Source: Candidatus Elulimicrobium sp.
Lineage (GTDB): Bacteria > Patescibacteriota > Minisyncoccia > Phycocordibacterales > UBA918
Direction: 5' to 3'
NCBI GenBank assembly: GCA_020720815.1
Contig: DYNY01000002.1
Coordinates: 5,980 to 69,979 of the forward strand
DNA: 64,000 bases
The notes below the pieces were generated by a model. It made no database searches and was not told where the DNA came from. It saw only the letters and a program-made list of their open reading frames with translations. Position numbers and translations under genes: made by a program. Positions 39,569-49,898 of this stretch are shown in pieces; within the stretch, counting starts at the first letter, position 1; the number at the start of each line of letters is the position of its first letter.

Positions 39569-40489
39569 ATGCAGTTAGTTGAATTGAAACGACTCTTTTT
39601 AGAGTACCTAGAGATTGAGCGTGGCCGTAGTGTTAAAACTATTGAGAACTATGACCGCTACCTCACCCGTTTGTTTACTTTTGTTAAAGTAGACAAACCT
39701 GGTGAACTCACTGAAGAGCAAATACGAGAGTTTAGACTATACCTGAATCGGCAAGCCGGAACAAAAGTTGGTGGAAGAATGGAATCGATGAAAAGACGAA
39801 CACAAAATTACTACCTGATTGCCCTTAGAGCCTTTTTGAAGTTTTTGCGCAAGCGGGGTGTGACGTCTGTCTCACCTGAGAGAATTGAATTAGCCAAAGT
39901 GCCTGAACGATCGCTTGATTTGATTTCTAGTGTTGAATTAGACAGATTGTTGGCTACCCCACTTTTAACTACTCTCGAAGGAAAAAGAGATCGAGCTATT
40001 TTGGAGTTGTTATTTTCTACTGGTTTACGTATTTCTGAATTATGCGGATTAGAGATTCAAGATGTAGATCTTACTCGCGATGAATTTTCCGTTAGAGGTA
40101 AGGGTGATAAAGTTAGAGTAGTGTTTCTTTCCGAGGCAGCCCGAAGCGCAATTAAAGATTATTTAGCCTCTCGTAAAGATATGGAAGACGCCCTCTTTAT
40201 TCGTTATGGAAAAAAAGCGCATGTTGGAGAAGAAGCACGGATTTCGCCTCGTACGGTTCAAAGGCTACTAAAGCATTATGCCACTAAGGCAGGTATTACC
40301 CGCAAAGTCACTCCACATGTCATTAGACATAGTTTTGCTACAGACCTTCTAAGTAATGGTGCAGATTTAAGGTCGGTCCAAGCTTTACTTGGTCATGCTA
40401 ATATTGGTACGACACAAATTTACACCCATGTTACTGATGCGCACCTAAGAGCAGTTCATAAACAGTTTCACTCAAAACGTAAGGTTTAA
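39569..40489 (+). CDS. XerC/XerD-like tyrosine recombinase
   Basis: SAM-like N-domain; TGLRISEL, GKGDK, HVIRH, LLGH, TQIY catalytic residues; no arm-binding domain. Confidence 0.9.
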   Translation: MQLVELKRLFLEYLEIERGRSVKTIENYDRYLTRLFTFVKVDKPGELTEEQIREFRLYLNRQAGTKVGGRMESMKRRTQNYYLIALRAFLKFLRKRGVTSVSPERIELAKVPERSLDLISSVELDRLLATPLLTTLEGKRDRAILELLFSTGLRISELCGLEIQDVDLTRDEFSVRGKGDKVRVVFLSEAARSAIKDYLASRKDMEDALFIRYGKKAHVGEEARISPRTVQRLLKHYATKAGITRKVTPHVIRHSFATDLLSNGADLRSVQALLGHANIGTTQIYTHVTDAHLRAVHKQFHSKRKV

Positions 40490-40604
40490 TAGTTAGGATA
40501 ATTTTGGTTTGTGAAAGCTGGCGAGAGTTATCGTTACAAACTTATGATTAAGTCCAATCATATTTAACTGACAATTTTATTTACCGGAACTATATTAGTA
40601 AGTT

Positions 40605-41513
40605 TTATTTAGAATAAAGTTTAAGTAATGCTTCTATCCCCCTTTTATTCTTTTCCCATTCCGTGCTAGTACGAGTTTCTAACTCCACCGTTATTGCCGG
40701 GATTCCAATGGAAGCTAACCAACCCTCGGCATCGCCACTTACTGGATAGGCATCAAAGCTAGAGACAGATTTATATTTAGCCGCTACAGCATAAGTATTC
40801 ATTACAATAATTGTCTGTGCCAAAATTCCAGATTCACACTCCGAAGCATAGACAGCATTAGCTTGACTGTGCCAGAAGACAACTACCTGCGGAGAAATTT
40901 TTTTCACCAACTCGCGTAAGGCGACTGCTTCTGGTTCAGAAAAAGCCTCGGTTCCAGCCACCACTGTCTTGCCACGCCAAGTACTGGTTGGTTGCCACTT
41001 ACAATCAAAGTTTCGATTAAGGTCAACGTTGTTGGCGTTAAACCTACCGGCGCCAGTTTGATGGGCGTCATTTGGGGGAATTTCTTCGCTGGTAAATCTC
41101 CCCTCTTTTTTTACAACGTCATAAAGCCCATCTGGATTGAGAGACGGTACTACAGTGATACTTAAATTGTTTGGTAATACAAATTTACCACTTTCTAGTT
41201 CATCAATAAATTGATAGGCTAACAGGACACTGTTCCACTCATAACCTCCGTGTATACCGCCAACGAAAAGTAAATTATCCGTTCCGGTTCCAAAAGTGTA
41301 GCTTTCAATAACTCGACCCTCAACGGAGGTACCAATTACTGTTTTACCAAGAATGGTTGGTGCGGAAAGAGTGTCAGCTATTTCTGGTATTACTTTTTCT
41401 TCTGGCTTTGGAGCGATTAACTGGCCGGGGAATAGTGCCCAGGTTGTAACTAAGCAAACACCGAAGATTACTATAAAAGTGATCAACCAAACTTTTTTTA
41501 TGGCGGGGGGCAT
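40605..41513 (-). CDS. M14 zinc carboxypeptidase (MpaA-like), intact active site
   Basis: N-terminal TM; GGIHGGYE, NPDG, DLNRNF, WHS, ITVEL. Confidence 0.85.
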   Translation of the reverse strand: MPPAIKKVWLITFIVIFGVCLVTTWALFPGQLIAPKPEEKVIPEIADTLSAPTILGKTVIGTSVEGRVIESYTFGTGTDNLLFVGGIHGGYEWNSVLLAYQFIDELESGKFVLPNNLSITVVPSLNPDGLYDVVKKEGRFTSEEIPPNDAHQTGAGRFNANNVDLNRNFDCKWQPTSTWRGKTVVAGTEAFSEPEAVALRELVKKISPQVVVFWHSQANAVYASECESGILAQTIIVMNTYAVAAKYKSVSSFDAYPVSGDAEGWLASIGIPAITVELETRTSTEWEKNKRGIEALLKLYSK

Positions 41514-42445
41514 TATTGTTTAGTAACGTAGTTTAATACAGCTTTTACCCCTTCTTGATTTTTAGCCAGCTCAGTACTTTTATGGTCACTTAGCAGGACA
41601 CTAATGGCGGGAATATTTTGGCTAGCAAACCAGTTAACCATGTCTCCAGTAATTTCGTAATAATCAAATTTCTCGTAAGCAGTATAGCCGGCTGCTTTGG
41701 CAAAAAGATTAGTCAAAGCCTCAGTCCCACTTGATACTCCGTTATTGCAGTTTGAAGCGTAAACACCAGAAGCCGCACTGTACCAGGTCACAATGGCTAC
41801 GGGTTCAGTTTGTGAAACATAGGATTTAATAGCTGAGCTCTCTGGTTCTGAGAAGGCCTCACTACCACCACTGACGCTTCTATTTTGCCAAGTACCAGTC
41901 GCTTGCCACTCACAAGCGAAGTTACGATTGAGATCAACTTCATTGGCATTAAAGCGACCACTAATGAGATTGGCCGGAGAGGTTGAAACATCAGTGGCTG
42001 TGAAACGACCATTTTTCCCAGTTACTAATTTCAAACCATCTGGATTTAATATTGGTATAATGGTGACGGTAACATCTGCGGGGACAATGTTCGGATTGGC
42101 TTTCAGCCAATCAATTACCTCATAAGCCAAAAGTGCGGTGTTCCACGAGTAGCCTCCATGAATGCCTCCAATAAAGAGAACCTCTTTATCACCGACACCA
42201 AAGTGATAAGCTTTTATGTCCAAACCATCTACTGTTTTACCAATAATACTTTCCGGCCCGCGAGTAATCGGAGTGATGGGTACCGGGGTTGTAGTTGATA
42301 CTTCTTCAACTACCGGAGTGATGGGGGTTACTTTGACGCTCGGTTTTTCGTAGGTGGTATCTGTATCACGAGAATTACTAAAGTAATAATAAATGCCACC
42401 AGAGATTATTAGTAAAACAGCGACTACAACTAAAATATTTTTCAT
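41513..42445 (-). CDS. M14 carboxypeptidase paralog with degenerate active site
   Basis: Same fold motifs, but HGGYS, WYS and ISVLL replace the catalytic residues. Confidence 0.8.
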   Translation of the reverse strand: MKNILVVVAVLLIISGGIYYYFSNSRDTDTTYEKPSVKVTPITPVVEEVSTTTPVPITPITRGPESIIGKTVDGLDIKAYHFGVGDKEVLFIGGIHGGYSWNTALLAYEVIDWLKANPNIVPADVTVTIIPILNPDGLKLVTGKNGRFTATDVSTSPANLISGRFNANEVDLNRNFACEWQATGTWQNRSVSGGSEAFSEPESSAIKSYVSQTEPVAIVTWYSAASGVYASNCNNGVSSGTEALTNLFAKAAGYTAYEKFDYYEITGDMVNWFASQNIPAISVLLSDHKSTELAKNQEGVKAVLNYVTKQ

Positions 42446-42698
42446 ACCTACACATTGTATTCCTCTTGTGCAGACTTAGCTACCGTTATCAAAAATTTTC
42501 AGAATACAGCCCGATTTTATACAGGCAGGTTAACCAGGGAATTTAAGGGTAGTGGAACTGGTGGATAGCTAGTTGTAACTTTAAGGGTGTGAGGTGGGTA
42601 TTTTTACATATTTTATAAAAGTAAATTTCCACAAAACATTAAATTACTTTTGATCGATGTGGAACTAATTTAGAATAAGTAACGTCTAGTCAGTTACA

Positions 42699-45134
42699 TT
42701 AAGATACTGCCAGTTCTGCTTCGGTAAAATTATCTTTACTGAGAGTAATATTTCCACCCTTAATGACAGCACCACTAATTATTAATTGGGCAATTTTTTC
42801 TTCTAGTACATCTTGTAAAACTCGTTGCATAGGCCTGGCACCAAACTGTGGGTTGTATCCTTTTTCCACTAAAAAGTCCATCAGTTCACGATTTACTGTG
42901 AGTTCGTAGCCACGCTCTTTCACTCGTTCGTAAAGTCCTCCGAGCATAAGTCCGGCTATCTGTCCCTGCTCCTCCAATTTTAATGGTTCAAAAATAATTG
43001 TGCTGTCAAAGCGATTAAGAAGTTCTGGACGGAATACTCCTTCTTTAACGATGTGGTTAATTATTTCTTGCGTTAGGGTGGATAGTTCTTGGCGTTGATT
43101 TACGGTACGCAAGATTAGTTGACTTCCGGCATTGCTGGTAGCGATGACAATAGTATTTCGGGCGTTGACCTTATTACCCCTAGCATCAGTAAAAATCCCC
43201 TCATCTAGAATTTGTAGGAAGATATCGTGAACGGCTTTGGCTCCTTTTTCAAACTCATCTAGAAGAAGTACAGCATAGGGATGTTCGCGCAACATGTCAC
43301 CTAGTGTACCGGAGTTTACACCGTCACCAATCAATCTAGTTAGGGCATCAGCACCACTAAATTCTGACATGTCGATGCGGTGCATATTTTTTTCATCACC
43401 AAAAAATACATAGGCCAGGGCTTTAGCGGTTTCGGTTTTACCGACACCGGTTGGGCCAAGAAAAAGAAATGAGCCAATTGGTTTTTCACTGGATTGAATG
43501 CCTGCCCTAGCTCTACGCATGGTACGTGAAATAGCATCAATGGCTCGCTGCTGACCAATGACTCGTTCGTGTAGTTTACTTTCAAGATTGAGTAATAAAT
43601 TTTTTTCGACTTCACCGATAGGTCCGACCGGAATACCAGTTTTTTCACTGACAACACTGTATACATATTCTGGTGTAATCATTACTACCCCTGCATATTG
43701 TGCCCGTGTAGCGATGTCGATAAGCAGTTCAATGGCTTTGTCCGGCATTGCTCCTTCGACAATATATCGATCAGCCGTGTTAGTAATAGTTTGTAATGAA
43801 GCGTAGGTAAACAATACTCCGTAACGAGCCTCGTTTTGTTCGGCGATTCCTTGTAGAAGTTTAGTGGTACTACTTAAGTCTGGGGCGTCTAGTAGAACTT
43901 CTGCAAATCTACGCGAAAAGGCCCCGAGCGGTTCTAGAAAGGTGTGATATGCACCAGGCGTATCGGTGGCGATTATATGAAGCATTGGTGAAGCTAAGTA
44001 CGGGTCTAGTATTTCTGGGATAAATATTCCCATCGCTTCTGCTTCACGGATAAAACTACTAAGATTTTCGATAACAATAATAATATTGCCAGCATTATGA
44101 GCTTCAGTAAAAAGTGAAATGATAGTGTATTCCAACTCTTGTTTATCATGGTGGGTAGCGAAGAGTCTGCTCGTGTCAAGCAAAACCATTTTTTGATCCT
44201 CTACAGCTCCGATTGAGCTACCAGTTTTTAGACGACGATCTACTTCAAGTAATAAGTCAATTGTACCGACCCCGGCTTCACCAATTAGTAGCACATTAGC
44301 TGCTTTTGCTCTAGCTAAAGCTACTTCTACTTCAGCAATTTTCTCCTCAGTAAAAGCATTGTTACTGGTGGTCAAGTTTGAGAAGACGGCACTAGTTTTA
44401 ATATCTCGCGAAAATTTCTCTAATTGGAAAGGGGTGCCGTATGCCCACTCTCGGCCTATACCTTTGGTTTTAGAGAGATTATCTTTACCCCACCAACGCA
44501 TTATCTTTTTCTTTTGGTGGTGCGCTAGGACTACCCAATTTAGGGCACCAAAAAATGCCTCTTCGTTGATACCTTGTTTGGCAATCATTTTTTTAAAGGC
44601 CGTGTCTTGCTGAAGCAAATAATTTCCCAGAGTAATTAAAGAAAAAATCTGATTTTCTGGCAGAGGTATCATCGAAGTGGTAATTTTTACTCTAGGGCTA
44701 GCAAGAAACCCATCAAGAATATCAACAGCCACTCCAGTGCGCAGTAGAATTTCCGTACCCATTTGTGAAATACAAAAAGCTTTCGTCACGTCTTCTTCAT
44801 CGGAAAAAATTTCCGCTACTTCATAGGTAGTGCCGGAAATTTTTTCTTTGTTTAGTCCAAGAATAGAATTGAGTCCGTAAAAATAATAACTGTTAAAGTA
44901 GCTATAGATGAGAATTTGCTCCAACCATAAGGCGGTGGCTATAAGACACACTCCCAATGAAGTATAAGCATAGCTGTTTGAATGAGTAATGGTGAAGCCG
45001 GCACTAGCTAACCCTGAAATTAAAGCAATAGAAAAAAAACTTACTCGCAAAAAACTCAAGGTTCGTCTTTCAATAAAACGTGCAAAAGTAAGAACGGGGC
45101 GGTATTTTTTTATATCTTCAGCAATAGTATACAT
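42699..45134 (-). CDS. ClpA/ClpB-family AAA+ ATPase with N-terminal TM helices and degenerate D1
   Basis: D2 GPTGVGKT, RIDMSEF, LLLDEFEK, FRPELLNR, GARP; D1 GEAGVGTI / IIVIENL. Confidence 0.88.
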   Translation of the reverse strand: MYTIAEDIKKYRPVLTFARFIERRTLSFLRVSFFSIALISGLASAGFTITHSNSYAYTSLGVCLIATALWLEQILIYSYFNSYYFYGLNSILGLNKEKISGTTYEVAEIFSDEEDVTKAFCISQMGTEILLRTGVAVDILDGFLASPRVKITTSMIPLPENQIFSLITLGNYLLQQDTAFKKMIAKQGINEEAFFGALNWVVLAHHQKKKIMRWWGKDNLSKTKGIGREWAYGTPFQLEKFSRDIKTSAVFSNLTTSNNAFTEEKIAEVEVALARAKAANVLLIGEAGVGTIDLLLEVDRRLKTGSSIGAVEDQKMVLLDTSRLFATHHDKQELEYTIISLFTEAHNAGNIIIVIENLSSFIREAEAMGIFIPEILDPYLASPMLHIIATDTPGAYHTFLEPLGAFSRRFAEVLLDAPDLSSTTKLLQGIAEQNEARYGVLFTYASLQTITNTADRYIVEGAMPDKAIELLIDIATRAQYAGVVMITPEYVYSVVSEKTGIPVGPIGEVEKNLLLNLESKLHERVIGQQRAIDAISRTMRRARAGIQSSEKPIGSFLFLGPTGVGKTETAKALAYVFFGDEKNMHRIDMSEFSGADALTRLIGDGVNSGTLGDMLREHPYAVLLLDEFEKGAKAVHDIFLQILDEGIFTDARGNKVNARNTIVIATSNAGSQLILRTVNQRQELSTLTQEIINHIVKEGVFRPELLNRFDSTIIFEPLKLEEQGQIAGLMLGGLYERVKERGYELTVNRELMDFLVEKGYNPQFGARPMQRVLQDVLEEKIAQLIISGAVIKGGNITLSKDNFTEAELAVS

Positions 45135-45143
45135 ATAATATAT

Positions 45144-45530
45144 TTATATCAGCAAAAGTATTCCGTAGTATAGACAGCCAACTATTATAATAGGAGCCGT
45201 AACCCAAAAAATATATGTTAAAACTATCCCGACTGAAAGTACTAATAATGAAGTTACCCCTATTACTATTATAACGGTACGCATAAGCATTCCGATTAAG
45301 CGGGAGATTAAATTAATAATAATAAATCCCGCTAAGTCTTCAAAGTTAAAAGAGTTACCGCGTTCTTCAGTCATGCGTTTAAAAGGTGCAAAATATGATT
45401 TGGTTAGTTGTGGTAGAGAAAAGAAATTAGTAACAAACCAAAGAAAGTTTTTCCAAATGTGAAAAATTTCACCGAAGGCGGATGTGTAGTGCCAAAGCAA
45501 ATAATGATGCAAAACAGAAATGAACAACAT
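45144..45530 (-). CDS. Small membrane protein co-transcribed with the Clp ATPase
   Basis: Hydrophobic C-terminal half; stop lies 9 nt before the clp start. Confidence 0.75.
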   Translation of the reverse strand: MLFISVLHHYLLWHYTSAFGEIFHIWKNFLWFVTNFFSLPQLTKSYFAPFKRMTEERGNSFNFEDLAGFIIINLISRLIGMLMRTVIIVIGVTSLLVLSVGIVLTYIFWVTAPIIIVGCLYYGILLLI

Positions 45531-45576
45531 ACATATATAGTATACATGGTGGTATACATTTAGTGTGTAGTGGTAA

Positions 45577-45622
45577 TAAACAACAAAAGCCGCGCCCTTA
45601 GGGGTGCGGCTTTTGTTGTTTA
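45577..45622 (-). terminator. Terminator after csp
   Basis: taaacaacaaaagccgcgccc / gggtgcggcttttgttgttta. Confidence 0.8.
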
Positions 45623-45629
45623 GCTTTAA

Positions 45630-45875
<246 letters not shown>

Positions 45876-45968
45876 TCAATGCTTTCACCTTGCCTTGGAG
45901 GAGTTTGTTTCGCTACGTATATTAAAGCACAAATACAGATAAACACAAGCGTTTAGCCATCGTAAACT

Positions 45969-46373
45969 TTAGATTTTAATATTTCTACCCCATTTTCCTA
46001 TATATGGTAGCTCTTTCTCGGTTAGTTTTAGGGCATTAATAATACCAATGATGGAGAATACTAATGCCACAAATGATGCCAGCTTTAGAAAAGGACTAAG
46101 ACCAAAAAGCCAATTACTAAAAATCCAGATGACAAAAGTCATGATGAATACTTGTAGTCCTTGTCTTATGTGGAAATTAATAAAAGGATCTTCTTTCTTG
46201 GTTAGGAATGGAACTAAAACTAGCGGACCAATATATGAGAGGCTAGCCATAATAGTCTGCTCGTTAAAAGTAAAAGTGGTAGCTGGCTTTGGACTTGTAG
46301 TGGTCGTAGTAGTAACAATAGTCGGAGGGGTATTTGGTGAAGTGTTTTCTCCTGGGGTTTGATTATTATCCAT
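45969..46373 (-). CDS. DUF4870-like membrane protein
   Basis: ASLSY..LVP, FH.RQGL, GIINA....ELPYIG. Confidence 0.75.
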   Translation of the reverse strand: MDNNQTPGENTSPNTPPTIVTTTTTTSPKPATTFTFNEQTIMASLSYIGPLVLVPFLTKKEDPFINFHIRQGLQVFIMTFVIWIFSNWLFGLSPFLKLASFVALVFSIIGIINALKLTEKELPYIGKWGRNIKI

Positions 46374-46485
46374 AGTTTAAAATATTAGTAGTTTAGTTTT
46401 AATGCATCTAATATAAGTGTAGTACTTTGTCTCACTAATGCAAGACCCGTAGTAAAACTACGGGTCTAACCTGGTCTAAGTGGTA

Positions 46486-46686
46486 TTACCAATGTCCGCG
46501 CCAGGAGCGCATTATTTCTTTCATAGTTTTCTTAGCTTGTACTGGATGAAAGATGGCCCAGATAAAAAAACCGAAAATTGTTATTAAACCACCAAACAAT
46601 AATCCGATGAAGATAATGGCAAGCATTACCGGTAACACTAATAGACTTAAAAAAGTTGGTCTACCAATTTTCTTCATGTTTGCCAT
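46486..46686 (-). CDS. Small membrane protein
   Basis: SD-like GAAAGGAAG upstream; long hydrophobic core; hairpin downstream. Confidence 0.6.
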   Translation of the reverse strand: MANMKKIGRPTFLSLLVLPVMLAIIFIGLLFGGLITIFGFFIWAIFHPVQAKKTMKEIMRSWRGHW

Positions 46687-46931
46687 TTAGAGCTTCCTTT
46701 CTAAATCTGGTATAGGTTGGTGTATTCGAATGTAGAACTGAGAGACTGTCTGTAAGATAGCAGAAACTAATGACTAAGCAAGGAAAAACACCCTTAAAAC
46801 TCTCTTCTAAAGAGTTTTAAGGGTGTTTTTCCAGCATAAGTAACGGCTTCACTGCCACAAGCGGACGTGGCATTATCCACGTAAAAATAATATTAAGAAT
46901 CGGACACCACTGTTGGTGGTGTCCGAGGGCC

Positions 46932-47132
46932 TCAGTAGCAGTTAGCAAAGCCATCTCCGAGTTCGCTTTCGTCAGGGTAGTTAAATTCTTCCGGCGATGT
47001 CGTCTTCTTATTGGACCTTGCCAAAGGAAGCTTTACTTCTTTTGTTGGGAGAAGACCTTGGGTTTGCTGTTGATTTTGCAGGTTCTGATTAATAATTGGT
47101 CCGTCTGGTATCGGTGTGAACATGTGACACAT
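46932..47132 (-). CDS. Small hypothetical protein
   Basis: AAGGA precedes the internal ATG (MFTPIP); followed by hairpin 46900-46926. Confidence 0.4.
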   Translation of the reverse strand: MCHMFTPIPDGPIINQNLQNQQQTQGLLPTKEVKLPLARSNKKTTSPEEFNYPDESELGDGFANCY

Positions 47133-47205
47133 CCTTCCGCATTATTGGGTCACCTATATAGTTTACCTCTCCTCAAACTCCAGTAACTAAATTTATACAC
47201 TACAT

Positions 47206-47970
47206 CTACCCTTTCCCCATCCCCCACAACATATTAAAGAAAGCCCGGTAGTTATCGGCAATTTGCTTGGATTTTATTACATACACTAGTGGTGGGTTGA
47301 GAAAGGTATAAAATGAGACAGAGTCATGACGGATTACTAAGTGAGTGACGCCTTTTGGTAGATTGATGAGGAAGCGGTATTCCTGGTTGGCAAATTTACC
47401 AATGTATTCTTCGTAGAATGGTCGCTCATCATCACTCCCTAGATATTTCACCGAGAGTTCCTTTTTTCGCATCTCGTCTAGATGTTCGTCAAGGGATTCT
47501 CCCATAATGGCGGAGTATCCGGCTGAGGCACCACCAATAATGTAACACTCCCAGGTATCATCTGCCCTAGTAACCAGATCCCTTTCATATTGTTGGATCG
47601 CCCGCATACCTTGAAGTACCTCAAACTCTTGTTCGTTACCGATGTTGCTGATCTGGTTGAGTTCCCGTGCCAGGTCCCCGGCCTCGATAGCCTTTCTGCG
47701 ACCCAGGGTTTCAATTACCTGCGGGGGACGAGCTTTGTATTTGGCTTGCTTTCCTTTCTTGATTTCCTCTACTAACCTCTGACTAATAAGCTTCGGAAGA
47801 GCAATATATATGTATTGGCGCGGCATGTGAGTCAGTAGCGCTAATTTGCTACCGCCGAGCTCCTTTCCGTATTCCAGCAGGGTTACGTAGACTCTAGCTT
47901 CACTGTTGCTCAGGCCAAAGTCCACTAATTTTTCTACTAGGATTGTATTTGAAGTTTTAATATCTGTCAT
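47206..47970 (-). CDS. TrmB-family HTH transcriptional regulator
   Basis: FGLS.SEARVY.TLL, winged helix, PLD-like C-terminal domain ending FNMLW. Confidence 0.85.
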   Translation of the reverse strand: MTDIKTSNTILVEKLVDFGLSNSEARVYVTLLEYGKELGGSKLALLTHMPRQYIYIALPKLISQRLVEEIKKGKQAKYKARPPQVIETLGRRKAIEAGDLARELNQISNIGNEQEFEVLQGMRAIQQYERDLVTRADDTWECYIIGGASAGYSAIMGESLDEHLDEMRKKELSVKYLGSDDERPFYEEYIGKFANQEYRFLINLPKGVTHLVIRHDSVSFYTFLNPPLVYVIKSKQIADNYRAFFNMLWGMGKG

Positions 47971-48044
47971 AAATATAATGACACTATACTATAATAACTA
48001 TAAAAAACAACTATACTTGTCTATAAAAAGTGACATATCTAACA

Positions 48045-48073
48045 TTGACAAAATACCATAAAGATGCCATAAT
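48045..48073 (+). promoter_or_regulatory. sigma70 promoter divergent from trmB
   Basis: TTGACA-17 nt-CATAAT with extended TG. Confidence 0.7.
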
Positions 48074-48148
48074 AGATGTTAGAAAGTTCAGAGCAAACTA
48101 GCGGTCGGAAGACCAAAGGCACCTGAACAGCACCTTGAAAGGAAATCC

Positions 48149-48490
48149 ATGAACAAGATTGAAGCTATAAATAATCTCCGTGCATTTGCGGACGAAGTTT
48201 CTACGTACGGAAGGTTTACTGTCGGGGAAGGTCCCATCTATCGGTACTTCTACAAAACAGCAGCGTCAATGATTGACGCGTCAAGTTTGGCCGGGGACTT
48301 TTCTCTTGAGACCACTGGTTGGACGTTGGACCTGAAGATGGTGTTGTCAAACGGCAATGCCCTTAATCTCCTCCGGGTTTTCATGGACACGTTCGACCTT
48401 AATGGTGTTCACCACCTGAAGATCGGGGTCAGCGGAGACCTTGAGAAGTTGAAGGTCACCCTAGACACCTACGATCTATTTAAGCCGTGA
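48149..48490 (+). CDS. Hypothetical protein
   Basis: GAAAGGA SD, own promoter, hairpin after the stop. Confidence 0.7.
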   Translation: MNKIEAINNLRAFADEVSTYGRFTVGEGPIYRYFYKTAASMIDASSLAGDFSLETTGWTLDLKMVLSNGNALNLLRVFMDTFDLNGVHHLKIGVSGDLEKLKVTLDTYDLFKP

Positions 48491-48601
48491 CTGGTTTGGA
48501 GAAGTGTGCAACCCACACTTCTCCTCTTTATAAAGATTTTGAATACTTCAAAATCTTTTAGAGAATTTGTTCTTTAATTACGTACCTTGAAAGGAAGAGT
48601 C

Positions 48602-48814
48602 ATGTTGCAGGAAGTTTTTCGTGAAATGAAAACCGGAAGGTACTACGTTGTGTCTTACCTCAACGGTATGGGTGGTGATTGGAATCACAAAATTGAATGG
48701 GAAGGTGCCACGTACGAAGAAGGAGTGCAATACATCAGGGATAACAATCCCTCGCTCTGGCATAGGTTCGCCCTATATTACAACGGAGAAAAGCGCTATA
48801 GCCGGTGTAGATAA
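48602..48814 (+). CDS. Small hypothetical protein
   Basis: GAAAGGA SD before ATG 48602. Confidence 0.6.
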   Translation: MLQEVFREMKTGRYYVVSYLNGMGGDWNHKIEWEGATYEEGVQYIRDNNPSLWHRFALYYNGEKRYSRCR

Positions 48815-48922
48815 GCGCAAAACTAACCACTCTAGCCCGAGCGTGATCGGTGCCTAAGGCGAGTTGAACTATGCTCCTCGCTTTTTCTTTTGTCTGAAAC
48901 AGCAAAATGTTAGACTGTAGAC

Positions 48923-49717
48923 ATGAAAATATACTCGTGGAATGTGAATGGTATTCGGGCAGTCTTGAAAAAGGGTGATTTTCAGCGTTTCATGGCCGAA
49001 CATAAGCCTGATATTATCTGTCTGCAAGAGACAAAAGCTGAGCGTGGACAGGTTGAAATTGACCTGCCAGATTATGAGGAATACTGGAATAGCGCTCTAA
49101 AAAAGGGTTATTCTGGTACAGCCATCTTTAGTAAGGAGGCCCCCGTATCGGTTATTGAGGGAATTCCTGCGGATATCGCAAAACGGTATAACTTGACCGA
49201 TAGCTACGGAGACACGACCAAAGAGGGCCGGGTGCTAACTCTAGAATTTGAGGGTTTCTATGTCAGTACGGTCTATACTCCGAATGCCAAGGATGATCTG
49301 TCGCGAATCCCGATGCGTCAGGCTTGGGATCCAGCTTATTTGGAATTCATGAAACGTTTACAGGAGGAGAAGCCGGTAATATTTTGTGGCGATCTAAACG
49401 TGGCACACACGGAGCTCGATCTGGCGAGGCCAAAGGAAAACGAGGGAAAAAAAGGATTTACACAAGAAGAAAGAGATGGACTAAGTGCATACGTGAGGGC
49501 TGGCATTGTGGATACTTTTCGATTGAGAGAAAAAGATAATGGGCACTACACTTGGTGGTCGCATTGGGGGGCAGCCCGAGAGAGAAATGTTGGTTGGCGA
49601 ATTGATTATGTCTTTGCGAGCGAATCACTTGTGCCTATCATAAAGTATGCGCGGATTCATCCTGAAGTGATGGGTTCTGATCATTGCCCAGTCTCACTGG
49701 AACTTGCTCTACAATAA
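48923..49717 (+). CDS. xth: Exodeoxyribonuclease III (AP endonuclease)
   Basis: SWNVNG, LQETK, GDLNVAH, YTWW, GWRIDY, SDHCP. Confidence 0.96.
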   Translation: MKIYSWNVNGIRAVLKKGDFQRFMAEHKPDIICLQETKAERGQVEIDLPDYEEYWNSALKKGYSGTAIFSKEAPVSVIEGIPADIAKRYNLTDSYGDTTKEGRVLTLEFEGFYVSTVYTPNAKDDLSRIPMRQAWDPAYLEFMKRLQEEKPVIFCGDLNVAHTELDLARPKENEGKKGFTQEERDGLSAYVRAGIVDTFRLREKDNGHYTWWSHWGAARERNVGWRIDYVFASESLVPIIKYARIHPEVMGSDHCPVSLELALQ

Positions 49718-49898
49718 CAGGAAATAGTTGTACACAGTGAAAATAGAATCAAACATTTCTTAGAAATGTCAAGAGTAAGAGTTTGGTAGCCAGTATATGG
49801 CTAATAATAAAGCTGAATTTACTATAAATTTTTTGTTTATGAGGCGTGTTCATTATAAAGGACACGCTAGAGATAGTTATACACAACTATTCACCACC

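Noticed and set aside
39569..40489. Recombinase as a prophage/ICE integrase
   Set aside because: Xer-like size, housekeeping neighbours, and no att repeats or phage genes
40490..40604. Possible dif site after the Xer recombinase
   Set aside because: ttatgattaag only loosely resembles the XerD arm TTATGTTAAAT, there is no partner arm, and the position is near oriC
48085..48130. c-di-GMP-I riboswitch (agcaaactag...)
   Set aside because: No complementary P2 strand and no GACGCAAAG motif
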